Source: an uncultured delta proteobacterium (GTDB lineage: Bacteria; Myxococcota; Myxococcia; Myxococcales; Anaeromyxobacteraceae). Taken from it: a stretch of DNA of 64,000 nucleotides. The position numbers and the translations under genes were made by a program. Positions within the stretch are counted from its first letter, which is position 1, and each line of letters begins with the position of its first letter. The DNA lies in NCBI GenBank assembly GCA_963845515.1, contig CAWJSR010000057.1, positions 96,001 through 160,000 on the forward strand. The letters are read 5' to 3'. The notes under the pieces were generated by a model. That model made no database searches, was not told the DNA's origin, and saw only the letters and a program-made list of their open reading frames with translations. Below, one piece after another: positions 51,425-61,777 of the stretch.

Positions 51425-51453
51425 ATTATATCCATGGACTGGCTGGATGCCAA
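51425..51453 (-). promoter_or_regulatory. Sigma-70 promoter of the cysC-like gene
   Basis: TTGGCA-N17-TATAAT. Confidence 0.65.
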
Positions 51454-51510
51454 ATTGCCGCCCCATTGACCCAATTCCGGATTGTCCCGTGGCGTCAAAT
51501 GGTTGGGCAG

Positions 51511-52197
51511 CTATCGGGCGATTTCGCCTCCGCAGGCGCAGCCCGCGAGCCGCCCGGTGGCCCGCACCGATGGTACGCCTCGCGTCAGGTCGACCCGCCG
51601 TCCCTTCGTCGCATCGGGCGCGGCGAGGACCAGGATCAGCTCCTCCGCGGCGAGGGCGGAGAGCGCCGCGCCGCCCGCTGACGGGGGGCGCCCGGCGCGG
51701 CCGATGGAGCGCGCGCAGGCGTAGCAGGGCGCACCGACGGGAACCGACACGACCACCCCTCCCTCCCCGTCGGTCTCCACCACGACGTGAGGGAGGCCCT
51801 CGCGACGCGCGCGCTCCGCCGCGGCGACGGCCTGAACGCTCGACACGGCGAAGACGATCGCGGCCGTCGCCACGCTGTCCGGAACGAGCGGCTCGGCCGT
51901 GACGAACCTGGACCGCTCGCGGAGCGCCGCCGAGACGACCTGGGCACGTGGCTCCCCCACGCTGGATGGCGGGAAGAGCCAGTGGCCGGCGTCGGCCGGT
52001 GAGACCGGCTCCGGATCGTCGATCCAGATCGTCCCCACGCCCGCCAGCGCCAGGTAGAGGATGCCCGGGGCCGCGGCGGCGGAGGCGCCGATCACGCGAA
52101 CTCTTGCGCTCCCCAGCCGCTCCTGGCCGGCGTGGCCGATGGCCGGGATGACGAGCTGCCTCGAGTAGCGTGCGATGCGGGCGGCGTCGAGCGTCAC
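51511..52197 (-). CDS. ThiF/MoeB-family protein with degenerate ATP site (inactive-adenylation-domain-like)
   Basis: Keeps RYSRQ..IG..GQERL, LALAGVG and PCYAC. GxGxxG is replaced by GASAAA, and SNLxRQ is absent. Confidence 0.8.
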   Translation of the reverse strand: MTLDAARIARYSRQLVIPAIGHAGQERLGSARVRVIGASAAAAPGILYLALAGVGTIWIDDPEPVSPADAGHWLFPPSSVGEPRAQVVSAALRERSRFVTAEPLVPDSVATAAIVFAVSSVQAVAAAERARREGLPHVVVETDGEGGVVVSVPVGAPCYACARSIGRAGRPPSAGGAALSALAAEELILVLAAPDATKGRRVDLTRGVPSVRATGRLAGCACGGEIAR

Positions 52198-52898
52198 TGG
52201 GGCTCCCCCGAGCCGGCGGCGGGCGAGGCTCCGCAGGCCGCGCAGCCCTCGCGGCGCCGGACCATCACCAGCCTCGCCCGCGCGGAGCTGGCCTCGAACG
52301 CGAGCAGCCTTCCGACGTAGGCGCCCCGCTCCCCCGTGAGGAGCCGGACCGCCTCCGCCGCCATCAGCGCGCCCGCGAACCCGGCGAGCGCACCGAGCAC
52401 CCCCGCCTCCGCGTTGGATGGCATCGAGTCCGCCGGCGGAGGCTCCTCGAAGAGGCAGCGGAGGCAGCCTGCGGGCCCTGGAACGACCGTGAGGAGCTGC
52501 GCCGTCGTGCGGAGGATCCCGCCGTGCACCAGCGGCTTCTTCAGCGCGACCGCAGTGTCGTTCGCCAGGAACTTGGTGGCGAAGTTGTCGGAGCCGTCGA
52601 CGACCACGTCGACCGACCGGACCAGCTCCGCCGCGTTCGCGGCGCCGAAGCGCTCGTCGAGCGGCTCGAGCCGCGCCCCAGGGGCGAGGGCGCGAAGCCG
52701 CTCTGCGGCGACCGCCACCTTGCGCGCCCCGAGGTCGGCCTCCCGGAAGAATGGCTGGCGGTTCAGGTTGCTGGTCTCGACCGCGTCGGCGTCCATCAGG
52801 ACGAGTCGACCGATGCCGGCGGCGGCCAGCGTGTAGAGCGCCGGGCCACCCAACCCGCCGGTCCCTATGACCAGCGCGCTCTTTCCCGAGAGCGGCAT
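52194..52898 (-). CDS. ThiF/MoeB/HesA-family adenylyltransferase lacking the N-terminal RYxRQ segment
   Basis: VIGTGGLG, DAVETSNLNRQ, DGSDNF, CLRC and CAAC. Confidence 0.9.
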   Translation of the reverse strand: MPLSGKSALVIGTGGLGGPALYTLAAAGIGRLVLMDADAVETSNLNRQPFFREADLGARKVAVAAERLRALAPGARLEPLDERFGAANAAELVRSVDVVVDGSDNFATKFLANDTAVALKKPLVHGGILRTTAQLLTVVPGPAGCLRCLFEEPPPADSMPSNAEAGVLGALAGFAGALMAAEAVRLLTGERGAYVGRLLAFEASSARARLVMVRRREGCAACGASPAAGSGEPQ

Positions 52899-52902
52899 CC
52901 CC

Positions 52903-54565
52903 CTACTTCTTCTGGCCGAAGATGCGGCCGAAGAGCCCCTTCTTCTCGTCGCCCCTCGGCGGCTCGATCGGGCGCGCCCCTCGCGGCGCGGTCTGCGGCT
53001 CGGGGAGCTGCAGCTTCTTGCGGAGCGCCTCCGGCGTGTCGACGGTGGCGAACCGGAGCTCGGTCACCTTGCCGGTGGTGAGATCGCGCGCCGTGACGTC
53101 GAGGATCCCCTCGTTTCCGACGGCGAACTCCACCGCGACCCTCACCTCCCCCTTGCGGCCGCGAGCGGAGCCCGCCGACCTGCACGGTCCCCAGGTACTC
53201 GCACTCGGCCACCTTCGAGGAGTCGCCCTGGAACACCTGCAGCTCCAGCTCGGTCTGGCCGTCGCGCGTCGTGGCGTGCTCGTAGGCCTTTCGGACCGGC
53301 AGCCTCGTGTTGCGCGGGAGCACGGTCGCCATGCGCCCGCCCGGCAGCGCGATCCCGATCCCCATGGCGAGCACGTCGATCAGCACCACCGAGTCCACGC
53401 GGTGGGCCGAGTCGGCGAGCAGCGCAGCGCCGAGCGCGACCGCCTCGTCCGGGTGGACGCTGTGGTTCGGCTCCCGGCCGAAGGCCTCCTTGATCCGGCG
53501 CCAGATGAGCGGCATGCGGCTCTGTCCGCCGACCAGGAGCACCTCGTCCACGTCCTTGGGCTCCAGCCCCTTCGCGGCGAGGACCTCGCGGCAGACCTCG
53601 AGCGTCCGCTCGACGAGCTGGCCGGTGAGCCCCTCCAGGTCGGCGCGGCTCACCCGGGCGTCCAGCTCGCAGTCCTTGCCGTCCGGGTCCTTGCAGAGGA
53701 ACGGCACGTGAGCCACCGCGCCCTCGGCCGACGAGAGCGCGATCTTGGTCTCCTCGGCGACGTCCCGGATCCGCTGCCACGCGACCCGGTCGGCCGGCGG
53801 ATAGAACCCGTGGGCCTCGAAGAAGCCGTAGGCGAGGTGGTCCACGAGCTGCGCGTCGAAGTCGACGCCGCCCAGGAAGGTGTCGCCCCCGGTCGAGACC
53901 ACCTCGTAGACGTCCCCCTGGATCTCCAGGACCGAGGCGTCGAAGGTGCCTCCCCCGAGGTCGTAGACGAGCACGCGCTTCTCGAGCCCGCGGCCGTAGC
54001 CGAAGGCGAGGGCCGCCGCCGTCGGCTCGTTGACGATGCGCTCGATCTCCAGCCCCGCCAGCTTCCCGGCCTCACGGACGGCGTTCCGCTGGTGGTCGTT
54101 GTAGTAGGCCGGGACGGTGACGACGGCGCGGGAGACCGGCTCGCCGAGGGCGCTGCTCGCCATCTCCCGCAGCTCCTCGAGGACGAAGGCGGAGATCTGC
54201 TGGAGCGAGAGCTGGCTCTCGCCGATCTGGACGGCCGCCTCACCTCCGGCCCCCTCCACGATCTCGTAGTTGAAGCGATCGCGGCAGGCCTGGACCGTCG
54301 GGCTCGCGAAGGGGCGCCCGACCAGCCGCTTCGCCCCGTAGACCGTCCGTGCCGGGTTCACGATCATCTGGGACTTCGCCGGCTGCCCGACGAGTCGCTT
54401 GCCCTGGCCGTCGAAGGCGATGACCGACGGGAGCGTCCGGTACCCCTGCCTCGACTCGAGCACCTTCGCCTTCCCGCCGTCGGCGAGCGCCACGCACGAG
54501 TTGGTGGTCCCCAGGTCGATGCCTACGATCCGCCCCGCGCGGGCGGCCTTGGGAGGTGATTCCAT
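52903..54565 (-). CDS. Hsp70-family protein (lid-less) with a +1 frameshift near 53153
   Basis: [33 protein letters not shown]. The SBD continues in the adjacent frame (VEFAVGNEGILDVTARDLTTG). Confidence 0.88.
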
Positions 54566-54706
54566 CGGCTCGATTCTACCGGCTCCGGCGCGCACCGCCA
54601 GTTGGAGCGGCTCCAGCCGGGAGCGCGCGCCCCGAATTCCGCGTCATTCGCCAGACCGCCCTTGCGGCCCGGGCGGGCCTTTGTTAGAAAGCGGCCCTCC
54701 TTGAAA

Positions 54707-54788
54707 GCCCAGGTGGTGGAACTGGTAGACACACCATCTTGAGGGGGTGGCGCCGTGAGGCGTGCGAGTTCGAATCTCGCCCTGGGCA
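54707..54788 (+). tRNA. tRNA-Leu(GAG)
   Basis: GCCCAGG..CCTGGGC-A, anticodon loop TT-GAG-GG, long variable arm. Confidence 0.94.
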
Positions 54789-54801
54789 CTCTAGAGACGA
54801 A

Positions 54802-54840
54802 GAAGGGGATCGGGCCAAAACCCGATCCCCTTCCGCTTTT
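54802..54840 (+). terminator. Intrinsic terminator between tRNA-Leu and the convergent secG
   Basis: GAAGGGGATCGGG-ccaaaa-CCCGATCCCCTTC followed by cgctttt. Confidence 0.75.
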
Positions 54841-54865
54841 CAGGGCGCTGAGGTGACGCCGGCTG

Positions 54866-55228
54866 CTACTTCGCCGGCGGGGTCCCGTGGGACGGCGCGC
54901 CAGGCGCAGCAGGCTGCGGCGCAGGGACGGGAACCGGGGCCGGAGCGGTCCCGGCGGGCCCCTGCACAGGCGCGGCCTCCCGGCCGACGACCGACGAGCT
55001 ACGGGAAGCCATGTGGGAGAGCGCGACGGACGTGATCATGAAGATGATCGCGGCCCCCGACGTGAGCTTGCCGAGGAAGGTCGTGGCCCCGCGGCCGCCG
55101 AACACCGTCTGGGAGCCCGCGCCGCCGAAGGCGCCGCCCATTCCCCCGCCCTTGCCTGCCTGCAGCAGGATCACGAGGATGAGGAAGATACAGACGACGA
55201 TGTGGACGATGGTGATGAACGTGGTCAC
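54866..55228 (-). CDS. secG: Preprotein translocase subunit SecG
   Basis: [29 protein letters not shown]. Confidence 0.96.
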   Translation of the reverse strand: MTTFITIVHIVVCIFLILVILLQAGKGGGMGGAFGGAGSQTVFGGRGATTFLGKLTSGAAIIFMITSVALSHMASRSSSVVGREAAPVQGPAGTAPAPVPVPAPQPAAPGAPSHGTPPAK

Positions 55229-55983
55229 CGAGTTGCACCTTTCACGATGGCGACGAAGTCCGCCGCCTTGAGGCTGGCCCCGCCGACGAGCGCGCCGTCG
55301 ACGTCTGGCTGGGAGATGAGCTCCGCGGCGTTCTCGGGCTTCACCGAGCCACCGTACTGGATTCGGATCGTGTCCGCCAACGCGCCGCCGAGCTCGCGGA
55401 GGATGGCGCGGATGGCCGCGTGGACCTCCTGGGCCTGCGCAGAGGTGGCGGTCTTGCCGGTCCCGATGGCCCAGACCGGCTCGTAGGCCACGGTCACCGC
55501 CGCCAGCTCCGCCTTGAAGCCTGAGAGGCCGGCGCGGACCTGCCGTCCGACCACCTCGAGCGTCCTGCCCGCCTCGCGCTCGGCGAGCGTCTCGCCCACG
55601 CAGACTATCGGCAGCATCCCAGCGGCCAGGACTGCCCCGGTCTTCTTCCGCACCGACTCGTCGGTCTCCCCGAAGAGCTGGCGCCGCTCGCTGTGGCCCA
55701 CGATGACGTGGCGGCAGCCCACCTCGGCGAGCATCGGGGCCGAGATCTCACCGGTGAAGGCGCCCTGCGCCTCCCAGTGGACGTTCTGCGCCGCGAGCTC
55801 GACCGGACCGCCGGCGAGCGCCTGGCGAACGGCGTGGAGCGCCGTGAACGGCGGCGCGATGGCCACTTGGACCGGCAGCGCGCCGACCCCCTCGCTGACC
55901 TCGCGCGCGAGGGCGATGGCCTCGGCCACCGTCCGATGCATTTTCCAGTTACCGCAGACGAACTTTCGACGCGCCACTGTCAC
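55225..55983 (-). CDS. tpiA: Triosephosphate isomerase
   Basis: [28 protein letters not shown] and LVGGASL. Confidence 0.98.
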   Translation of the reverse strand: MTVARRKFVCGNWKMHRTVAEAIALAREVSEGVGALPVQVAIAPPFTALHAVRQALAGGPVELAAQNVHWEAQGAFTGEISAPMLAEVGCRHVIVGHSERRQLFGETDESVRKKTGAVLAAGMLPIVCVGETLAEREAGRTLEVVGRQVRAGLSGFKAELAAVTVAYEPVWAIGTGKTATSAQAQEVHAAIRAILRELGGALADTIRIQYGGSVKPENAAELISQPDVDGALVGGASLKAADFVAIVKGATR

Positions 55984-57170
55984 TCCTCGCAGGCCTTCAC
56001 GCCGGGGAGCTCGCGCCCCTCGATGAACTCCAGGCTCGCACCGCCTCCGGTGGAGACGTGCGTCATCTTGTCGACGAGGCCAGCCTCCTCCACCGCCGCC
56101 GCGCTGTCGCCGCCGCCGACCACCGTGATGGCCTTCGACTGGGCCATCGCCTTGGCGATGCCGAACGTCCCCTCGGCCCACGGCTTCTGCTCGAAGAGCC
56201 CCATCGGACCGTTCCAGAAGACGGTGCCGGCGTCGAGGACGCGCTGCCGGTACCGGTCGAGCGTCTTCGGACCGATGTCGAGCCCCATGAGGCCGTCGGG
56301 GATCGCCGTGCCGTCGATGACCTCGCGCTTGGCGCTCTCCTTCGGCTCGGCGCCGCAGACGTGGTCGACGGGGAGGAGCAGGTCGACGCCCTTGGCCTTC
56401 GCCCGCTCCAGGATCTGGCGCGCCAGATCGAGCTTGTCCGCCTCGACCAGGCTCTTGCCGACCGCGATCTCCTGCGCCTTGAGGAAGGTGTAGGCCATGG
56501 CCCCGCCGATCAGGACGGCGTCGGCCTTGGCCATGAGGTTCTCGAGCACCTTGATCTTGTCGGAGACCTTGGCGCCCCCGACCAGCGCCACGAACGGGCG
56601 CTTTGGAGCACCCAGCGCCTTCCCCAGGTACTCGACCTCCTTGACGATGAGGAAGCCTGCCGCCCGCTCCTTGACGAACTGGGCCATGCCTGCCGTCGAG
56701 GCGTGGGCCCGGTGGGCCGTGCCGAAGGCGTCGTTGATCCAGACGTCGCAGAGGGCCGCCAGCTCGCGGCAGAAGCCCTCCTCGTTCTTCTCCTCCTCCG
56801 GATGGAACCGGAGGTTCTCGAGCAGGAGGACCTGCCCCTCCTTCAGCTCCTTCGTGAGCTTCCGGACGGCGTCGCCGACGCAGTCGTCGGCGAGGATCAC
56901 GTCCTGCCCGAGCAGCTCCGAGAGCCGCTCCGCGGCGGGCTCGAGGGTGAGCCTGGTCCGGTCCTCCGGCTTCCCCTTCGGGCGCCCGAGGTGCGACGCG
57001 AGGATGATCCTGGCCCTCGCCTTGATCGCGTGCTGGATGGTCGGCAGCGCCGCACGGATGCGTGCGTCGTCGGTGACCTTCCCCGCGTCGTCGAGCGGGA
57101 CGTTGAAGTCGACACGGATGAAGACCCGCTTGCCGGCGAGGTCGAGGGTGTCGATCGTCTTGAGGGCCAT
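55980..57170 (-). CDS. pgk: Phosphoglycerate kinase
   Basis: [28 protein letters not shown] and STGGGASLE. Confidence 0.98.
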   Translation of the reverse strand: MALKTIDTLDLAGKRVFIRVDFNVPLDDAGKVTDDARIRAALPTIQHAIKARARIILASHLGRPKGKPEDRTRLTLEPAAERLSELLGQDVILADDCVGDAVRKLTKELKEGQVLLLENLRFHPEEEKNEEGFCRELAALCDVWINDAFGTAHRAHASTAGMAQFVKERAAGFLIVKEVEYLGKALGAPKRPFVALVGGAKVSDKIKVLENLMAKADAVLIGGAMAYTFLKAQEIAVGKSLVEADKLDLARQILERAKAKGVDLLLPVDHVCGAEPKESAKREVIDGTAIPDGLMGLDIGPKTLDRYRQRVLDAGTVFWNGPMGLFEQKPWAEGTFGIAKAMAQSKAITVVGGGDSAAAVEEAGLVDKMTHVSTGGGASLEFIEGRELPGVKACEE

Positions 57171-57182
57171 GACCGCTGCCGC

Positions 57183-58190
<1,008 letters not shown>

Positions 58191-58235
58191 TCGACTGTCC
58201 CTCCAGGGGGGTGCGGGGTTTGGAAAAGGGCGCAT

Positions 58236-58264
58236 AAACTACTGCCGCACCCCTGCTCAGTCAA
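58236..58264 (-). promoter_or_regulatory. Sigma-70 promoter of the gap operon
   Basis: TTGACT-N17-TAGTTT. Confidence 0.6.
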
Positions 58265-58361
58265 CGTCCAGATCGATGGGTGGTAGGCACCAAAAAAACG
58301 AAGAACGGCGCCGATTTCTCGGCGCCGTCCCCGGTTCGTCCACGATGCGCAGCCGATGTGT

Positions 58362-58559
58362 CTACGCGACTGCAGCGGAGCCCTGGGCCGCCTCATCGGT
58401 CGGCCGGGTCCGGTCCTTGATGTCCTGGGTGACGAGATCGATGAGCTCCGTAGACAGGCTCAGAATCTGGTTCGGGGTGTAACCCGAACCGCGCAGCTCC
58501 TTGAAAAGCGACTTGGCGAGAATCTGCGTGCCCCTGGTGTCTAGAGAAGCAGGTACCAT
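58362..58559 (-). CDS. Small hypothetical helical protein (65 aa)
   Basis: GAGG RBS and ATG; ILAKSLFKELRGSGYTPNQILSLSTELIDLVT forms amphipathic helices. Confidence 0.7.
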   Translation of the reverse strand: MVPASLDTRGTQILAKSLFKELRGSGYTPNQILSLSTELIDLVTQDIKDRTRPTDEAAQGSAAVA

Positions 58560-58625
58560 TTGGCGTGTCCTCGCGATGCGCGTGCCAGCTGGGTTGCCGT
58601 GCAGCGCTGCTCGGGCGCTATCAAG

Positions 58626-58683
58626 AGCAATGGGCGGGCCAAGCCGTCGAGGCTCGTCGGTTCCCCGTAATTTCAGTTATTTG
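58626..58683 (-). promoter_or_regulatory. Putative sigma-54 promoter plus IHF-like site for the 65-aa gene
   Basis: TTGGCCC-GCCCA-TTGCT at 58642-58626, and AT-rich TTTCAG-N4-TTG at about 58671-58683. Confidence 0.55.
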
Positions 58684-58807
58684 CACAGCGGCTGTCGGCC
58701 ATCGCCCCACATGGAGCTGCATAGCGGGCTTCGCACTTGGCTGCGGCCGGCAGTGAAAGCGCGAAGCGTCCTTCGCGGGCTCCCCGCCGTGCCAAAGGCT
58801 GCGTGAA

Positions 58808-60417
58808 ATGACCCAGATTCCCGTGCGATACCGGGTAGTTAACATCCCACTTGCAGCTCGGCGAGCCCGACGCGAAGCTGCTCGCGCGCGCGGCCGATCG
58901 GCTCGGCGTTCGCCCCGACGACCTGCGTGCGATAGCCGTCGTGAAGCGGAGCCTCGACGCGCGGAAGAAGGGGCGCCCGCGCTGGCTCGTCTCAGTCGAG
59001 GCCACGCTCGACTCCCCGCTCCCGTCGCTCCCCGCCGACGTGACGCCCGCCCCGCCGCCAGAGCCTCCGCCTGCGCTCGCACGCGCCCCCGCCCTCCCCC
59101 CCGTCATCGTCGGGGCCGGCCCCGCGGGGCTCTTCTGCGCCTGGGCGCTGCTCGCGCGCGGTGTCAGGTCGGTGCTGGTCGACCGCGGCCGCCCGGTGGG
59201 CCCGCGTCGGCGCGACGTCGCGGAGCTCATGCGCAGCGGCCGGCTCGACCCCGAGTCCAACATGTACTTCGGCGAGGGGGGCGCCGGCGCCTTCACCGAC
59301 GGAAAGCTGGCGACCCGGATCCACCACCCAGCCGCCCGCGAGATCGTCGCGCTCTTCGCGCGGCTCGGCGGCAAGCCGGCCCTCGTCGAGGAGGCGAAGC
59401 CACATGTCGGCTCCGACGTCCTCCCCCGCGCCGTGACCGCGCTGCGCGAGGAGCTGGAGCGCGGCGGGTGCGAGTTCCACTGGGAGGCCCGCGTCACGGA
59501 TCTCGTCGTGGACGGCGGCCGCGTCCAGGGCGTGACGCTCGCCGACGGGCGCGTCCTCCGCGCCGACCGGGTGATCCTCGCCCCGGGGAACAGCGCGCGC
59601 GACCTGTTCGAGCTCTTCGTCGAGCGCGGCTGGCCGATCGAGGCGAAGCCCTTCGCGGTCGGGTTCCGGGTGGAGCACCCGCAGCCGCTCGTGAACAGGA
59701 TCCAGTATGGCCCCGTCGGCCGCGAAGCCGGCCTCCCGGCGGCCGACTACCACCTGGCTGACAACCCGCGGATCGGCGGGACAGAGCGCGGGACGTTCTC
59801 CTTCTGCATGTGCCCGGGGGGCGTGGTGGTGCCGACCCCGACCGAGCCCGGGCTCCAGTGCACCAACGGCATGTCCAACTCGAGCCGCTCCTCCGCCTGG
59901 GCGAACGCCGGCCTCGTGGTCTCGGTCTCGCCCGCGGACTTCGCCGCGGAGGGGCTGGAGGGACCGCTCGCCGGGCTGGCGTGGCAGCGCAAGTGGGAGC
60001 GCGCGGCCTTCGAGCTGGGCGGTGGCGGGTACCACGCCCCGGCGCAGCGGCTGGCCTCGTGGCTGGCGCGCAGACCCGGCGCGGCGCCGCAGCGCTCCTC
60101 CTACCGTCCCGGGCGTCCTGCAGGCGGATCTCGACCTGCTCTACCCGCAGCCGGTTCGAGACGCCTTGCGCGCCGCGCTCCGCACCTTCGATCGCCGCAT
60201 GCACGGCTTCGTAACGGACGAGGCGCTCCTCCTGGGCGTCGAGACGCGGACCAGCTCCCCCTGCAGGCTCCCGCGAGGCGAGGATCTGCAGTCCACCGCC
60301 CTCCGCGGCCTCTACCCCTGCGGCGAGGGGGCTGGCTACGCAGGCGGCATCACCTCGTCCGCGGTCGACGGCGTCCGCGTGGCCGAGGCGATCGCCGCCG
60401 AGCTGGGGCCCGCCTGA
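58808..60417 (+). CDS. NAD(P)/FAD-dependent oxidoreductase with two +1 frameshifts (near 58850 and 60112)
   Basis: VKRSLDARKK, IVGAGPAGLF, GEGGAGAFTDGKL, SFCMCPGG and TNGMS. The C-terminus (GVETRTSSP, GEGAGYAGGITSSAVDG) is in the adjacent frame. Confidence 0.85.
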
Positions 60418-60680
60418 TGCGCTACTTCGTGAAGAATCAGCTCGGAGAGGAGATGGTGGTCCCGTCGCTGACGGACCTCCACGACCTCTACAAGCACGGC
60501 TTCATCGAGGACGCGGACCTGGTCAGGGCCGAGAGCTCGGAGCGCTGGCTGATGGCGGGGAGGATGCCCGCGCTGTCGGGCGTCCGGCTCCGCAAGCGCG
60601 AGCCGGGGAAGTTCCTGCTGCTGGTGGTCGCGGCGATCGCGCTCGTCGGCGCTGATCGCGCTGCTGCTGCGCGGCGCTAA
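60417..60680 (+). CDS. Small hypothetical membrane-anchored protein
   Basis: TGATG coupling; MRYFVKNQLGEEMVVPSLTDL.., with a C-terminal hydrophobic stretch. Confidence 0.6.
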   Translation: MRYFVKNQLGEEMVVPSLTDLHDLYKHGFIEDADLVRAESSERWLMAGRMPALSGVRLRKREPGKFLLLVVAAIALVGADRAAAARR

Positions 60681-60687
60681 GGGCGCG

Positions 60688-61071
60688 TCAGGTGCCCTTG
60701 CGGCCGTAGTCGTCCTGGACGCGGACCACGTCCTCGACCTCGGGGGTCGAGACCTCCAGGACGTCGCAGTCCGTCACCGCCCGCATCCGGTGGATGGTCC
60801 CGGGCGTCACCCGGTAGCTGTCCCCCTCGCGCATGGCGTGATCGACCAGGCTCTTCTCGTCGCCGAGGACGAGGACCATCTGGCCGCGGAACAGGTGGAT
60901 CGTCTCGTCCTTCTTCACGTGGTACTGGAGCGAGAGCTGCGAGCCCGCCTTGATGTGCAGGAGCTTCCCGACGTACCGCTCGTTGTGGGCCCACCAGAGC
61001 TCGTAACCCCAGGGCTTCTCGACACGCTTCGGCTGCTCGAACGGGTTCATCGGCTGTTCGCTCCGGCTCAT
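60688..61071 (-). CDS. Cupin domain protein (mannose-6-phosphate isomerase C-terminal-like)
   Basis: VEKPWG, LSLQYH..KDE, HRM and EVSTP..DVVRVQDDYGR. Confidence 0.85.
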   Translation of the reverse strand: MSRSEQPMNPFEQPKRVEKPWGYELWWAHNERYVGKLLHIKAGSQLSLQYHVKKDETIHLFRGQMVLVLGDEKSLVDHAMREGDSYRVTPGTIHRMRAVTDCDVLEVSTPEVEDVVRVQDDYGRKGT

Positions 61072-61727
61072 TGATTGGAGGTGACGAAGCCCTTCGCGCC
61101 AGTCTCGCGCGAGAGGTCCTTCAGGAACTTCTCAGCCTCCGCCTTGGTCCCGAAGGCGCCGACGCGCACCCGGTGCCAGGTCTTCCCCTGCACCACCGCG
61201 GTCACGATCCGGGGCTTGAACCTCTGGAACTTCGAGGCGATCCGCTCCGACTCCTCCCGATCGTTGGCGGCCCCCACCTGCACGCTCCAGTCGCCCGACT
61301 GCTGCTGCTCGGCCGCAGGGGCGGGGGGCTCGTCGGGAGGCGGCTGCGGGGCCGGCGCTGGAGGGGCCGGCTCGGGAGCGGGCTGAGGCGCTGCGGCGGG
61401 ATCCGTCGGAGCCGCCGCGGGCGGGGAGGTGGGCTCGGCAGGGGCAGCCGCGGTCGGGCGCTCCTTGACGAGCCTGTCGTGGTAGGTGAGCGACTCGTCG
61501 CGGACCGCGGGGCCGGTGGCCACCTGCGGCTGATCGAGCGCAGCGAGCGCGTCGCCGCCGGAGGCCACTTGCTCCTCGCGCCGGGCAAGCTGCTTCCCGA
61601 CGCTGATCCCCAGCACGAAGACCACCGCGAGGACGACGAGCGCGCCGACCACGACTGACGCGATCTGGCGCCCGTCGAGCGACAGGTCGAAGCTCTCTCG
61701 ACTGCTGCGTGGGTTGACGTCTCGCAT
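61068..61727 (-). CDS. SPOR-domain cell division protein (FtsN/DedD-like)
   Basis: TM segment, Pro/Ala linker, SVQVGA..WHRVRVGAF; located downstream of argS. Confidence 0.85.
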   Translation of the reverse strand: MRDVNPRSSRESFDLSLDGRQIASVVVGALVVLAVVFVLGISVGKQLARREEQVASGGDALAALDQPQVATGPAVRDESLTYHDRLVKERPTAAAPAEPTSPPAAAPTDPAAAPQPAPEPAPPAPAPQPPPDEPPAPAAEQQQSGDWSVQVGAANDREESERIASKFQRFKPRIVTAVVQGKTWHRVRVGAFGTKAEAEKFLKDLSRETGAKGFVTSNQ

Positions 61728-61777
61728 TGAAGGACCTGGCGGCCGCCGCGCACCTGCGCCTGGCCGGTGAGGCGATT

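Noticed and set aside
38513..54788. Genomic island bounded by the two tRNA-Leu genes
   Set aside because: No integrase, no duplicated tRNA 3' end and no obvious compositional shift; the region contains housekeeping genes (clpX, truA).
58851..60680. 609-aa oxidoreductase fused to the downstream small protein
   Set aside because: Artifact of the frameshift near 60112; the true C-terminus ends at 60417 in another frame.
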